A DNA stretch of 64,000 bases from an uncultured bacterium (GTDB lineage: Bacteria > Omnitrophota > Omnitrophia > Omnitrophales > Aquincolibacteriaceae). The translations under genes and the position numbers were made by a program. The notes below the pieces were generated by a model. The model made no database searches, was not told the DNA's origin, and saw nothing but the letters and a program-made list of their open reading frames with translations. The stretch's first letter is position 1. Each line of letters starts with the position of its first letter. This document shows positions 19,656 to 28,427 of the stretch, piece by piece. Where the stretch lies: assembly GCA_964606385.1 (NCBI GenBank), contig CAZSFZ010000002.1:35119-99118 (forward strand), given 5' to 3'.

Positions 19656-20671
19656 GCTTTTCGGATCGCTTCCTCAAGTTCTTCGGGGGTCACCGTCGCG
19701 GTCCCGAGCTTCCCGACCACGATCCCGGCGGCAAGATTAGCGAGTTTCGCGGCTTCCTGCATTTTAGCGCCTGCCGCCAGGGCAAGTGCGAGCGTCGCGA
19801 TCACTGTATCCCCGGCACCTGAAACGTCATAAACTTCGCGCGCGGCGGTCGGAACCCGGGTCAGCTTTTTATTTTTCTCAAAAAGAGCCATGCCGTCCTC
19901 GCCCAGCGTGATCAACACGGAATCAAGTTTCAATTTTTTCATGAGTCCCCAACCCACCGTTTCCAATTCCGGGGCTTTGTAGCAGGCTCCATGCGTCCGC
20001 TCATAGCCGGTGTAAGCCTCGCTGCGGTTCGGGGTAATGCAGGTCACGCCCTGATAATAAACAAAGTTCTTTTCTTTGGGGTCCACCAGCACGGGTTTTT
20101 TGAACTTCTTGGCAAGACGAACGATCTCTTTCAACAGGAAGGGCTGCATCACACCTTTGCCGTAATCCTCCAGGATCACGACATCCATGCGTTTGATATT
20201 CTCACGCACGAATTTGAGGATCTTGAGAAGATCCGTTTTGGAAACATCGTCCGTTTTCTCACGGTCAAATCGGACCACCTGCTGGGAATGTGCGATCACG
20301 CGGGTCTTAAGGGACGTCGGACGTTCCGGGTCATAAACGATCCCGCCGATTTCGATCCCTTGCTGGCGCATCGCCTTGAGCAGCATGCGTCCGTAGAGAT
20401 CACGGCCCACGACCCCGCAGGGACAGACCTGCCCCTGGAGAGAACGGATGTTGTTCGCCACATTGAGCGATCCCCCCGGCATGAAGGATTCCCGCTCAAC
20501 CTTGACCACCGGAACCGGCGCTTCGGGGGAAATACGCTTCACGCTTCCCCATACAAATTGGTCCAGGATGAAATCACCGATCACGAGCACACGGCCTCCT
20601 TGAAACCTTTCCAGGATCTCGAGAAAGCGTCTTTTTTCCAGACTGCTCAACGGTAAGGATACGGTCTTCAT
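19652..20671 (-). CDS. hldE: D-beta-D-heptose 7-phosphate kinase (HldE domain I / RfaE1-like PfkB kinase, kinase-only)
   Basis: VLVIGDFILDQFVWGSVKRISPEAPVPVVKV matches the HldE N-terminus and the C-terminal motif is GAGDTV. It is 339 aa and has no adenylyltransferase domain. A GGGGGA SD lies upstream. Confidence 0.85.
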   Translation of the reverse strand: MKTVSLPLSSLEKRRFLEILERFQGGRVLVIGDFILDQFVWGSVKRISPEAPVPVVKVERESFMPGGSLNVANNIRSLQGQVCPCGVVGRDLYGRMLLKAMRQQGIEIGGIVYDPERPTSLKTRVIAHSQQVVRFDREKTDDVSKTDLLKILKFVRENIKRMDVVILEDYGKGVMQPFLLKEIVRLAKKFKKPVLVDPKEKNFVYYQGVTCITPNRSEAYTGYERTHGACYKAPELETVGWGLMKKLKLDSVLITLGEDGMALFEKNKKLTRVPTAAREVYDVSGAGDTVIATLALALAAGAKMQEAAKLANLAAGIVVGKLGTATVTPEELEEAIRKA

Positions 20672-20688
20672 AGTCCCCCTAAATAACG

Positions 20689-20722
20689 AGGACAGGCTTA
20701 TTTTTCTACAAGAGCCTGTCCT
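20689..20722 (-). promoter_or_regulatory. 5'-UTR hairpin between the predicted TSS and the hldE SD
   Basis: A 9-bp perfect stem (aggacaggc/gcctgtcct) encloses a 16-nt loop. It lies downstream of the TAGAAT box and upstream of the SD. Confidence 0.4.
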
Positions 20723-20747
20723 CTTCCATCTTGAATTTTAGGACTGC

Positions 20748-20776
20748 ATTCTAGCATCAGCGCTGAGCAGTGTCAA
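20748..20776 (-). promoter_or_regulatory. Near-consensus sigma70 promoter TTGACA-17-TAGAAT driving hldE-kdsB-pyrG-kdsA-kdsD
   Basis: The minus strand reads TTGACActgctcagcgctgatgcTAGAAT. The -35 lies at 20771-20776 and the -10 at 20748-20753. Confidence 0.6.
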
Positions 20777-20789
20777 TTAAAGGAATTTT

Positions 20790-20820
20790 TTATAACCTAT
20801 TGCTATATAACAGGTTATAA
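20790..20820. promoter_or_regulatory. Palindrome TTATAACCT-N13-AGGTTATAA, centred ~38 bp upstream of the -35 of the hldE promoter
   Basis: A perfect 9-bp inverted repeat flanks a 13-bp AT-rich centre. No U-tract follows on either strand. It lies just downstream of the FmdB gene. Confidence 0.4.
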
Positions 20821-20840
20821 ATAAATTTAACCCCAAAATC

Positions 20841-21113
20841 TTATTTTTTCTTAGTCTCGCAGGATGAACAGTCCCCGGAGCAACCGGAAGAAGAGGGCTT
20901 GTCCTTTTGGGCGGCTTCCTTGTAGCCTTTGGAGCGATAGTCCGTCTGGTAGAAACCGCTTCCCTTAAAGAGTACCCCGGCCCCGCCCGAGATCATGCGC
21001 TCCGCCTTGGATTTCCCGCACTTGGGGCACTTCTTGATGGCTTTTTCCGTCATGGACTGATATTTCTCGAATCGGTGGCCGCAGGCCCCGCATTCGTATT
21101 CATAGGTCGGCAT
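20841..21113 (-). CDS. FmdB-family zinc-ribbon protein
   Basis: MPTYEYECGACGHRFE...CPKCG gives a CxxC-X17-CxxC arrangement. The tail is Cys-rich (CSGDCSSC). Length is 90 aa. Confidence 0.75.
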   Translation of the reverse strand: MPTYEYECGACGHRFEKYQSMTEKAIKKCPKCGKSKAERMISGGAGVLFKGSGFYQTDYRSKGYKEAAQKDKPSSSGCSGDCSSCETKKK

Positions 21114-21136
21114 GGATCATTTTCCTTTCAAAAAGC

Positions 21137-22651
21137 TTACGCTTCAAAAAGACTGACGGTGGAAAAATCAGTATCGCTTGTAACATTGATCCCGAGACGC
21201 TTGAGCCCCTTGTCGTCTCCGGAGGTCGGAATGTGCGTCATATGCGCCTCACATCCGTTCAGCTCCTTTAACTTCGACATGGCCGCCTCCGCGGAAGGGT
21301 TGGTCGCGGCGCTGATACTCAGAGCCACCAGGATCTCGTCCAAATTGAGGCTCACGGCGTGGGCCCCCATGATGTCCTGCTTCATACGGCCGATGGATTC
21401 GATCACGCCGAGCGACAAGAGATGGATCTGGTCGGGGATCCCGGCGAGTTTCTTCACGGCATTCAGCACAAGGCTGGATGCGGCATGCATGAGCGGCGTG
21501 TTCTTCCCCGTCACGATCGACCCGTCATGAAGCTCGAGCGCGGCGCCGCAATAGATCCCCTTATTCCCTTCTCCGAGACGCTGGAGCTCCTGCGCGACTT
21601 CGCGCGCGGGAAGCACGACGCGCCGGTCCTCAATCTTCGCGTCGAGCTCGCGCATCAAAAGCTCGGTCCGCTGCGCGGCCTCTTTCTCCACGAATCCCAT
21701 CACGTACTCGCAGGAATAACGGAAAAAACGCGAGATCACTTCCTGCGTCGCGGCCTTGCGGACCGCCTCATCGTCCACGATGCCGAAACCGGCGCAGTTG
21801 ACCCCCATATCCGTGGGCGATTTATAGATCGAACGTTTCCCCATGATCTTTTTCAGGATGCGCTGAAGCACCGGGAAGATCTCGAGATCGCGGTTGTAAT
21901 TGACCGTGGTCTTTTTGTAAGCCTCCAGATGGAACGAATCGATCATGTTGATATCGCCCAGGTCCGCCGTCGCCGCCTCATAAGCCACGTTCACGGGATG
22001 CTTGAGCGGCAAGTTCCAGATCGGAAAGGTCTCGAATTTCGAGTACCCGCTTTCGAGACCGCGTGTGTGATCATGATAAAGCTGTGAGAGGCAGGTCGCG
22101 AGCTTTCCGCTCCCCGGCCCGGGCCCCGTCACGATCACGATCGGATTTTTGGTTTGGATGTACTCGTTCGCCCCGTAACCTTCGGGACTCACGATGAGCT
22201 CCACATCCGTGGGATACCCTTTTGTGAAACGGTGGGTACAAACGCGGATCCCGCGGCGCTCCAGCTTGTTCTTGAAGATCTTGGCGGCCGGCTGTTCGTT
22301 AAAACGGGTGATCACGACGGCTGTGACCGATAACCCCCAGGTCTTGAGGTCATCGATCATTTTGAAGGCATCCGCATCATACGTGATGCCGAAATCCGCG
22401 CGCAGTTTCCGCCGCTCGATATCCCCGGCATGAATACAAAGGATGATATCGATCTGGTCTTTCAGCTTTTGCAGCAACCGCATCTTGACGTTCGGATCGT
22501 ATCCCGGAAGGACGCGCGCCGCGTGATGATCGAAAAGAAGTTTCCCACCGAATTCGATATAAAGTTTGTTGCTGTATTTTTTGACCCGTTTCAGGATCGC
22601 TTCCGATTGTTCCTTAAGGTATTTATCGTTATCAAAACCGGCCTTCTTCAT
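21137..22651 (-). CDS. DUF1846/UPF0371-family protein with a P-loop (Walker A) motif
   Basis: IVIVTGPGPGSGKLAT is a Walker A motif. The start was trimmed to the ATG at 22651, preceded by an AGGGGAGGGG SD. Length is 504 aa. Confidence 0.7.
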   Translation of the reverse strand: MKKAGFDNDKYLKEQSEAILKRVKKYSNKLYIEFGGKLLFDHHAARVLPGYDPNVKMRLLQKLKDQIDIILCIHAGDIERRKLRADFGITYDADAFKMIDDLKTWGLSVTAVVITRFNEQPAAKIFKNKLERRGIRVCTHRFTKGYPTDVELIVSPEGYGANEYIQTKNPIVIVTGPGPGSGKLATCLSQLYHDHTRGLESGYSKFETFPIWNLPLKHPVNVAYEAATADLGDINMIDSFHLEAYKKTTVNYNRDLEIFPVLQRILKKIMGKRSIYKSPTDMGVNCAGFGIVDDEAVRKAATQEVISRFFRYSCEYVMGFVEKEAAQRTELLMRELDAKIEDRRVVLPAREVAQELQRLGEGNKGIYCGAALELHDGSIVTGKNTPLMHAASSLVLNAVKKLAGIPDQIHLLSLGVIESIGRMKQDIMGAHAVSLNLDEILVALSISAATNPSAEAAMSKLKELNGCEAHMTHIPTSGDDKGLKRLGINVTSDTDFSTVSLFEA

Positions 22652-22723
22652 GCAAACCCCTCCCCTGGTCATGGCGACGTTGCCGTGTGATTTGCTGCGG
22701 GATCGATATTTAGGACGGACTGG

Positions 22724-22732
22724 ATTCTACCA
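22724..22732 (-). promoter_or_regulatory. Extended -10 promoter (TGGTAGAAT) upstream of DUF1846
   Basis: The minus strand reads catggTAGAATccagtccgtccTAAATATC. The -10 and downstream block are near-identical to the hldE promoter (TAGAATgcagtccTAAAATTC). The -35 is weak. Confidence 0.4.
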
Positions 22733-22787
22733 TGGGAGGCGGAAAGAAAGAACGGCTTAATTCAGAAAAGGACCGGGAGGGGCTCGG

Positions 22788-23579
22788 TCAGGCGGCGTGG
22801 CCGGGTTCGTAAGCGGCAAGTTCGGCGACCACCTCGCCCAGCACGGGCACCTTGACCTTCATGAGAAGCGGGATGCGGCGCTCATCCAGGCTCATCCATC
22901 CCCTGACCTTGCCGCGCCGGACAAAAAACCCCTCGAAAAGCACTATCGGTTCGACCTCAACAGCCTGAAAAATACCCACATCATCGATCTTCATCTCCCG
23001 GACACCTTTCGTGGCCACCTCGAGATCCCAGTTCTTTTCATCCGCGTTCACCGGGATCATGACTTTGGAATCCGGTTTCAAGTCCTGCAGGCGGAGCCAG
23101 TAACAGCAGGAGATCTGGTCCTGAACGTCTTTCGGGATGAACATTTCCTTGCGGCTGTTGTCCTTGCGGGAATAGAAACGGCCGACATGCCCCTCCTGGT
23201 CATACTCCATGGATTCGTCGGTCCAGTAACGCCCTTCCTTGATCTTTTTTTCATACCGGAGGGAATGAAAACGCTCAACATCGATGTAGCTGTGATGCGT
23301 GTCCCGGACCTTGTAGATCCAGTCCAGGATCGCGCGGGAACGAACGTTGATCTCAATGTGATAGGCATCGCGATCGTTCACCTTGACGATCTCTTTGACC
23401 GTCGCCTCCGCTTCCCCGACGGGGAGCCCTGCGTAACGGACCTCAAATTTGATCTTTTCCCCGAGAAATATTTTTCCCGCGGAACTTTCGGAGGCCGGAA
23501 AAACCGTTTCCGCGTTTTCCGCAAAACCCGCGGGGATGAGCAACCCGCACAGGAAGAGGACCAGCACCGCTTTTTTCAT
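22788..23579 (-). CDS. DUF3108-family secreted protein
   Basis: The signal peptide is MKKAVLVLFLCGLLIPAGFA and a beta-rich body follows. The start was trimmed to 23579, 3 nt after the upstream stop. The long N-terminal ORF extension is discounted as non-coding. Confidence 0.65.
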   Translation of the reverse strand: MKKAVLVLFLCGLLIPAGFAENAETVFPASESSAGKIFLGEKIKFEVRYAGLPVGEAEATVKEIVKVNDRDAYHIEINVRSRAILDWIYKVRDTHHSYIDVERFHSLRYEKKIKEGRYWTDESMEYDQEGHVGRFYSRKDNSRKEMFIPKDVQDQISCCYWLRLQDLKPDSKVMIPVNADEKNWDLEVATKGVREMKIDDVGIFQAVEVEPIVLFEGFFVRRGKVRGWMSLDERRIPLLMKVKVPVLGEVVAELAAYEPGHAA

Positions 23580-23584
23580 AGACC

Positions 23585-24334
23585 TCAATTCCGGATCGTT
23601 CCGTCCAGGCCGATCACGATCCTTTTGACGGGAAGCTTGGTGCCGGAGAGTTCGACCGCTTCCTGGGCCATGCGGAAAAGGCCCGAACAGCAAGGCACTT
23701 CCATGATCACCACGGTCAGGGAATACACGGTATTGTTTTTCAGAAGTTCGGCGATCTTTTCGACATAACCGCCTGTGTCGTCGAGCTTGGGACAGGCGAT
23801 GACCAGCCTTTTCCCCTTGAGCATGTCCTGATGAAAACTTCCGAGCGCGAAAGCTGTGCAATCCGCCGCGATCAGAAGATCGCACTCCTTGAAATAAGGC
23901 GCGACCGGCGAGATCAAATGCAGCTGGATCGGCCACTGACTGAGCTCGGAGGGGGCGCCTCCCGCGGCCGAAGCTTCCGGTCTGGCGGAAGCCTCTCTTT
24001 TAAATTCGCGCGCCATCGAACCCGGGCAACCGCCAAACGACGGTAAAGCCGGCGCTCCGTGAACTTTTTTTGCGGCTTCGGGGCCCTGGGTCTTCATCAC
24101 ATGTTGAAAAGCGGCCTTGGCATCGTATTCCGCGCTCTCACGCTCCACGATCTTGAGGGCGTCCACGGGACAAACATCCAGGCAGGCCCCCATCCCGTCG
24201 CAGAAGATCTCTTTAACGAGCACGGCCTTTTTATGTTCATCCAGCACCAGCGCGCCTTCCGCGCATGCCTGGGTGCAGAGCCCGCATCCGTTGCATTTTT
24301 CCCTGTCGATCTCAATGATCTTTCGTTTTGCCAT
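23585..24334 (-). CDS. 4Fe-4S dicluster ferredoxin-domain protein with a C-terminal Cys-containing domain (function unknown)
   Basis: Two cluster motifs, CNGCGLCTQAC and CDGMGACLDVCP, are present. C-terminal cysteines include ACPKLDD and VPCC. An AAGGGG SD precedes the ATG at 24334. The gene overlaps the end of the upstream GT9 gene. Confidence 0.65.
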   Translation of the reverse strand: MAKRKIIEIDREKCNGCGLCTQACAEGALVLDEHKKAVLVKEIFCDGMGACLDVCPVDALKIVERESAEYDAKAAFQHVMKTQGPEAAKKVHGAPALPSFGGCPGSMAREFKREASARPEASAAGGAPSELSQWPIQLHLISPVAPYFKECDLLIAADCTAFALGSFHQDMLKGKRLVIACPKLDDTGGYVEKIAELLKNNTVYSLTVVIMEVPCCSGLFRMAQEAVELSGTKLPVKRIVIGLDGTIRN

Positions 24335-25409
24335 GGAGGACCCCTTGGATTTTTGAAAAAACCTCGCCCGGACCCAATTCTTTAAGACAGGCGATCGTCG
24401 GACACTGTTTATTATAACGGAATTTGTAATAACAGGGGCGGCAATCAAGGCCCTCCTTAAAAACAGCCCGGGCATCTTCCACGGGCGGGTAAGGCCCGTA
24501 AACTTCCGGAGGAACGGGTCCGTAGAACGCCACGAGCGGGACGCGAAGCGCGCGCGCCAAATGCACAAGGCCCCCGTCATTCCCGATAAAAAGCGCCGAC
24601 TTTTCAAGGACCTTCGCCGTTTGTGCCAGCTTCAGTTCCCCCGCCAGTACGATCGAGGGCGGCTTGATCATCGCCTGCAATTCCTCACAAAGCGCCCGTT
24701 CGGACCGACTTCCCAGGATCGCGACGCCGCGAAGGCCCCGCTCCGCCTGGATCTTCGCGATCAATGCCGCGAAGTTTTTCACGGGCCAGCGCTTGAAAGC
24801 GGCTTCCTTTCCCCAGGAATCCCCGCCTCCCGGAGCGACGGCGAGGAACCGTTCGGGAAGCAGTTTGAGCTTGTTCGCGACTTCCACCCCGATCAACGCG
24901 ACGGGTTTCGGAAAATAATATTCCAGAAAACGGTCCTCGACGGGGATGCCGGCCCTTTCCGCGAGGTCACAATAAAAATCCGCCGCGTGTTTTTTCCAGA
25001 AAGCCTCCGGGAGCGGGTAGCGGATGTTATGAAAAACCGCCCGGTTCTTGTACGCGAACCCCGCGCATTTCGGGACCCCAAGCAAGAACCGGCCCAGGAA
25101 GGCGTGCTCACGCCGAAGCGAGTAGTCCAGGATCAGATCGTAGTGTTTTGCACGCAGCTTTCGCCCCAGCTCCCACAGGTCCCGAAGATTTTGGAACGCA
25201 TTCTGGCGATGGGCACGGTCCTTGTCCACGACGAAAATCTCATTGATATGGGGATTGTTTTCCACGGCCTCGCGCGTCCGGGAACCCAAGAGCAGGTCCA
25301 CGGTCTCGACCGTCGGGATCAATCGCAGGGCCCGCATGACCGGCGTCACGAAAAGAAGGTCCCCGATCCCGTAAGGATGAACGATGAGCACCCGCCGAAG
25401 CGTTCTCAT
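24312..25409 (-). CDS. Glycosyltransferase family 9 (LPS heptosyltransferase-like), paralog 1
   Basis: The N-terminus has the GT9 motif RVLIVHPYGIGDLLFVTPVMRALR and the C-terminus reads GNDGGLVHLARALRVP. Length is 365 aa. Confidence 0.8.
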   Translation of the reverse strand: MRTLRRVLIVHPYGIGDLLFVTPVMRALRLIPTVETVDLLLGSRTREAVENNPHINEIFVVDKDRAHRQNAFQNLRDLWELGRKLRAKHYDLILDYSLRREHAFLGRFLLGVPKCAGFAYKNRAVFHNIRYPLPEAFWKKHAADFYCDLAERAGIPVEDRFLEYYFPKPVALIGVEVANKLKLLPERFLAVAPGGGDSWGKEAAFKRWPVKNFAALIAKIQAERGLRGVAILGSRSERALCEELQAMIKPPSIVLAGELKLAQTAKVLEKSALFIGNDGGLVHLARALRVPLVAFYGPVPPEVYGPYPPVEDARAVFKEGLDCRPCYYKFRYNKQCPTIACLKELGPGEVFSKIQGVLHGKTKDH

Positions 25410-26465
25410 TTAATGCATCTCCGGGACGGATCCGTGAAGAAGATCGCGCGCCGCGGCATAAACATCCTCCACGGCGATCTCATCGATGTAAGTGAATTTC
25501 CGCTCCGCCGCGGGAATATGAGAAACGTCTTTGGCGATCACCCGCCCGCGGCCTCCCAAAGGCCTCCAGCGTTCGGGTCCGAGCCCGGGTTCGTACCTTC
25601 CAAAAATGGAGACCACCGGCGTTTCGACGGCGGTCGCGATATGGACGGGCCCTGAATCATTCGAGATCAGCAGGGCTGCGCGTTTAAACAAGGCCCCAAG
25701 ATGCCCGAGCGAAAGTTTACCGCTCAGGTCCACCACGGGAATGTTTGTCCCCGCTTTCAGTTTTTGGACGGTCTCCCGGTCTTTGGCCGTTCCGATCGCG
25801 AGAAAAACATACGATCTTTCTTTCGCCATTTTCGTCACAAGCGCCGCGAAACGTTCCGCGGGCCACATTTTGGTCGCGTCACTTGCCGAAGGATTAAGCA
25901 CGATCCAGGGCCGGTCGTTCGGGATTTTATAAAATGCCAAAAGGTTTTCGAGCGAGCGGACCGCCCGGTTTGTCACAGGAAAAAAAAGACTTATTTTTTG
26001 CGGTGGAACGATCCCGAGAGGTTCCAGGAGGTCAAAAAGATATTCGGCCTCTTGTTTTTTCCCTTCTTTTTTGTCGTAGGGGTGGGCATGCGTGAGGGCC
26101 CAGGGAGCGCGGCGGGCATAACCGATGCGTACGGGGATCCCCGCGATCCAGGCGGCAAGGTGCATCCGATTCGTCCCGTGAGCGTGGATGACCAGGTCGA
26201 ATTTTTTATTCCCGAGGCTCTGGCTGAAATCAAGCTGCCCCCAAAAACCCCGCTCCTTCCCTTTTTTATCGTAAAGGATCGCTTCGTTCAGATACGGGTT
26301 CTCTTCGACGATCTCCCGGTGCTCGAGGAATACCAGGGCCGCGATCCATGCCCGCGGAAATTTTTCGCGCAGGGCTTTAAAAAGCGGGGTCGTGAGGACC
26401 AGGTCCCCGATACGGTCCGTCCGTGTGACGAGAATACGCGGAGCGTCAGGCAGCTTGATCGGCAT
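25410..26465 (-). CDS. Glycosyltransferase family 9 (heptosyltransferase-like), paralog 2
   Basis: RILVTRTDRIGDLVLTTPLFKALR and SNDSGPVHIATAV are present. Length is 351 aa. Confidence 0.8.
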   Translation of the reverse strand: MPIKLPDAPRILVTRTDRIGDLVLTTPLFKALREKFPRAWIAALVFLEHREIVEENPYLNEAILYDKKGKERGFWGQLDFSQSLGNKKFDLVIHAHGTNRMHLAAWIAGIPVRIGYARRAPWALTHAHPYDKKEGKKQEAEYLFDLLEPLGIVPPQKISLFFPVTNRAVRSLENLLAFYKIPNDRPWIVLNPSASDATKMWPAERFAALVTKMAKERSYVFLAIGTAKDRETVQKLKAGTNIPVVDLSGKLSLGHLGALFKRAALLISNDSGPVHIATAVETPVVSIFGRYEPGLGPERWRPLGGRGRVIAKDVSHIPAAERKFTYIDEIAVEDVYAAARDLLHGSVPEMH

Positions 26466-27408
26466 TCAGAAGCTCCAGCGAGAGCCGGACCACTTTTTCG
26501 GGTTTCAGACCGTGAAAACAGCTGCGCTCGGCGTAGGGCAATTTATCGGAACCGCAGGAACAGGCTGCGGCTTCTTCGCGCGCGATGCGGAATTTCGGTC
26601 CTTCATGCCCGTATTTTTCGTGGTTCGTCGGGCCGAAGATCCCGACGGTCGGCGTCCCCATCTCGGATCCAAGATGCATGATCGCGCTGTCGTTGGCGAT
26701 CACGAGCGCCGCGTTCGCGATCAGGGCCGCCGTTTCAGGGAGGATCAGTTCACCGCAAAGAACGCTCACAACTCCGGGAAGTTCGGACTCGATGCTGTCC
26801 GCGACCGGTTTTTCATTCAGCGTCCCGACCAAAAGGACTTTTTTTCCCGTTTTTTCATGAAGCGCCTTAATGACCTCTTTAAAGTATTTGACGGGCCAGC
26901 GCTTCCGTTCACTCGCGGCTCCCGCCGCCACCAGGATCCACCCGTTCTTTTCCGTCACCCCGAAGACTTCCAGCGTCCGCATGGCGAACACTTCATCCGC
27001 TTTATTGAAGAAAAGAAAAGTGGGCGGGACGGAAATGCCGGGCTCAACGGCCTCGAGCATTTCAAGATGGCGTTCCCGCATGTTGACCCGCGTGAATTTC
27101 CTGAAAAGAGGCGTTCGCTTCTTGCAGGAAACCAGGAACGGGATCGCGGTATTGCGAAGATCCACGACGAGGTCATACCGGGCTTTCCGAAGTTCCCCGA
27201 TAAATTTCAGTTTTTTCCAAAAAGAGGCTTTTTTGTCGTAGATCACGATCTTGTGGATGTCCGGACTCCGTTGCAGGACGCTTTGGGCGCGGGGACCGAC
27301 CACCACCGTAAGACGCGCTTCGGGATACTTCTTCGAAAGCGCCATGATCACGGGAGTCGTCAGGATCACATCCCCAAAATTACTTAAGGTCACCACAAGA
27401 ATGTTCAT
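26446..27408 (-). CDS. Glycosyltransferase family 9 (heptosyltransferase-like), paralog 3
   Basis: MNILVVTLSNFGDVILTTPVIMAL and ANDSAIMHLGSEMGTP are present. Length is 320 aa. Confidence 0.8.
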   Translation of the reverse strand: MNILVVTLSNFGDVILTTPVIMALSKKYPEARLTVVVGPRAQSVLQRSPDIHKIVIYDKKASFWKKLKFIGELRKARYDLVVDLRNTAIPFLVSCKKRTPLFRKFTRVNMRERHLEMLEAVEPGISVPPTFLFFNKADEVFAMRTLEVFGVTEKNGWILVAAGAASERKRWPVKYFKEVIKALHEKTGKKVLLVGTLNEKPVADSIESELPGVVSVLCGELILPETAALIANAALVIANDSAIMHLGSEMGTPTVGIFGPTNHEKYGHEGPKFRIAREEAAACSCGSDKLPYAERSCFHGLKPEKVVRLSLELLNADQAA

Positions 27409-28427
27409 GGCCGCCTCAGGACCCTTTCGATCGCGTCAAAAACTTCTTCGGGAACAATATGGGAAAGCCAGCCTTCTTCCGGAAGATCTTTGCCGAAAAA
27501 AGGCACCGGATATCCCGTCGGGACGTATTGTAACACGAGACTTTCGCCGCTCCCACGGGGTCCGGTGAGTTTGGGGTCCGTGGGGCCGAACAGGGCAACG
27601 ACCGGAGCCCCGACGCCGGAGGCGATATGCATGGGCCCGGAGTCTCCCGTCACAAGGCACGCGGCGTGTTTATAGACAGCCGCCGAAACGCGCAACCCCG
27701 TTTTCCCGACCAGGGAGATCACTTTGGCATTTCGGACCGAAGTGGCCAGCGCCTCCCAAAGCAGTTCGTCCTGGGAGGATCCCGTGACCACGACCGGAAG
27801 TTTCCACCTCATTTCGATCATCTCGGCAAGTGCCGCAAAATGTCCGACCGGCCAGCGCTTGGGCTCCCAATTGGCGCCTAAATGAAAACAAATATACCGA
27901 GAGTGTTTCCCGACACCGTGGGATTCAAGGATGCTCCGCGCGGCTTGCTCATCTTCTTCTTTGTAAAAAAACTGGTATTCTTTTTTGTCGGGAAGCTCAA
28001 ATCCCGCCCCGCGCATCATATTGAAGAAATAATCCAGCTGATGCATCAGTTGAGCGGGCTCCTGGACCGCCCGCGTCATAAACATCTTCCGCCCTTTTCC
28101 GTAGCCGATACGCTCTTTGACGCCCGCCATCGCTAAAAGCGCCGCGCGGGAACGGGAGCGATGGAAAAGATATCCTTGCTCCCAAGGCCCTTGTTTCCTT
28201 AACTCCATTAAAAATCCGGCCCGGGAGAGCCAGGAGCGGTGCGTGCTTTTTTCATCGAAACTTAAAAAACCCGAAACCGCAGGATGCGCTTCAAGGATCT
28301 CCCGGCAGCGCTCCGGGGCCATGCAAACGATCGAAGCCTCGGGATATTTTTTTTTGATGAGATCGAGCGCCGGCATCTGAAAAAGCAGGTCGCCGAGCCA
28401 ATTCTTCATCACCGCAAGGATCTTCAT
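27405..28427 (-). CDS. Glycosyltransferase family 9 (heptosyltransferase-like), paralog 4
   Basis: MKILAVMKNWLGDLLFQMPALDLI and TGDSGPMHIASGVGAP are present. Length is 340 aa. Confidence 0.8.
   Translation of the reverse strand: MKILAVMKNWLGDLLFQMPALDLIKKKYPEASIVCMAPERCREILEAHPAVSGFLSFDEKSTHRSWLSRAGFLMELRKQGPWEQGYLFHRSRSRAALLAMAGVKERIGYGKGRKMFMTRAVQEPAQLMHQLDYFFNMMRGAGFELPDKKEYQFFYKEEDEQAARSILESHGVGKHSRYICFHLGANWEPKRWPVGHFAALAEMIEMRWKLPVVVTGSSQDELLWEALATSVRNAKVISLVGKTGLRVSAAVYKHAACLVTGDSGPMHIASGVGAPVVALFGPTDPKLTGPRGSGESLVLQYVPTGYPVPFFGKDLPEEGWLSHIVPEEVFDAIERVLRRP

Noticed and set aside
20790-20820. Palindrome downstream of the FmdB gene as an intrinsic terminator
   Set aside because: No U-tract follows on either strand. 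The centre is AT-rich with a long 13-nt loop. It lies 13 bp upstream of a strong -35, so it fits an operator better.
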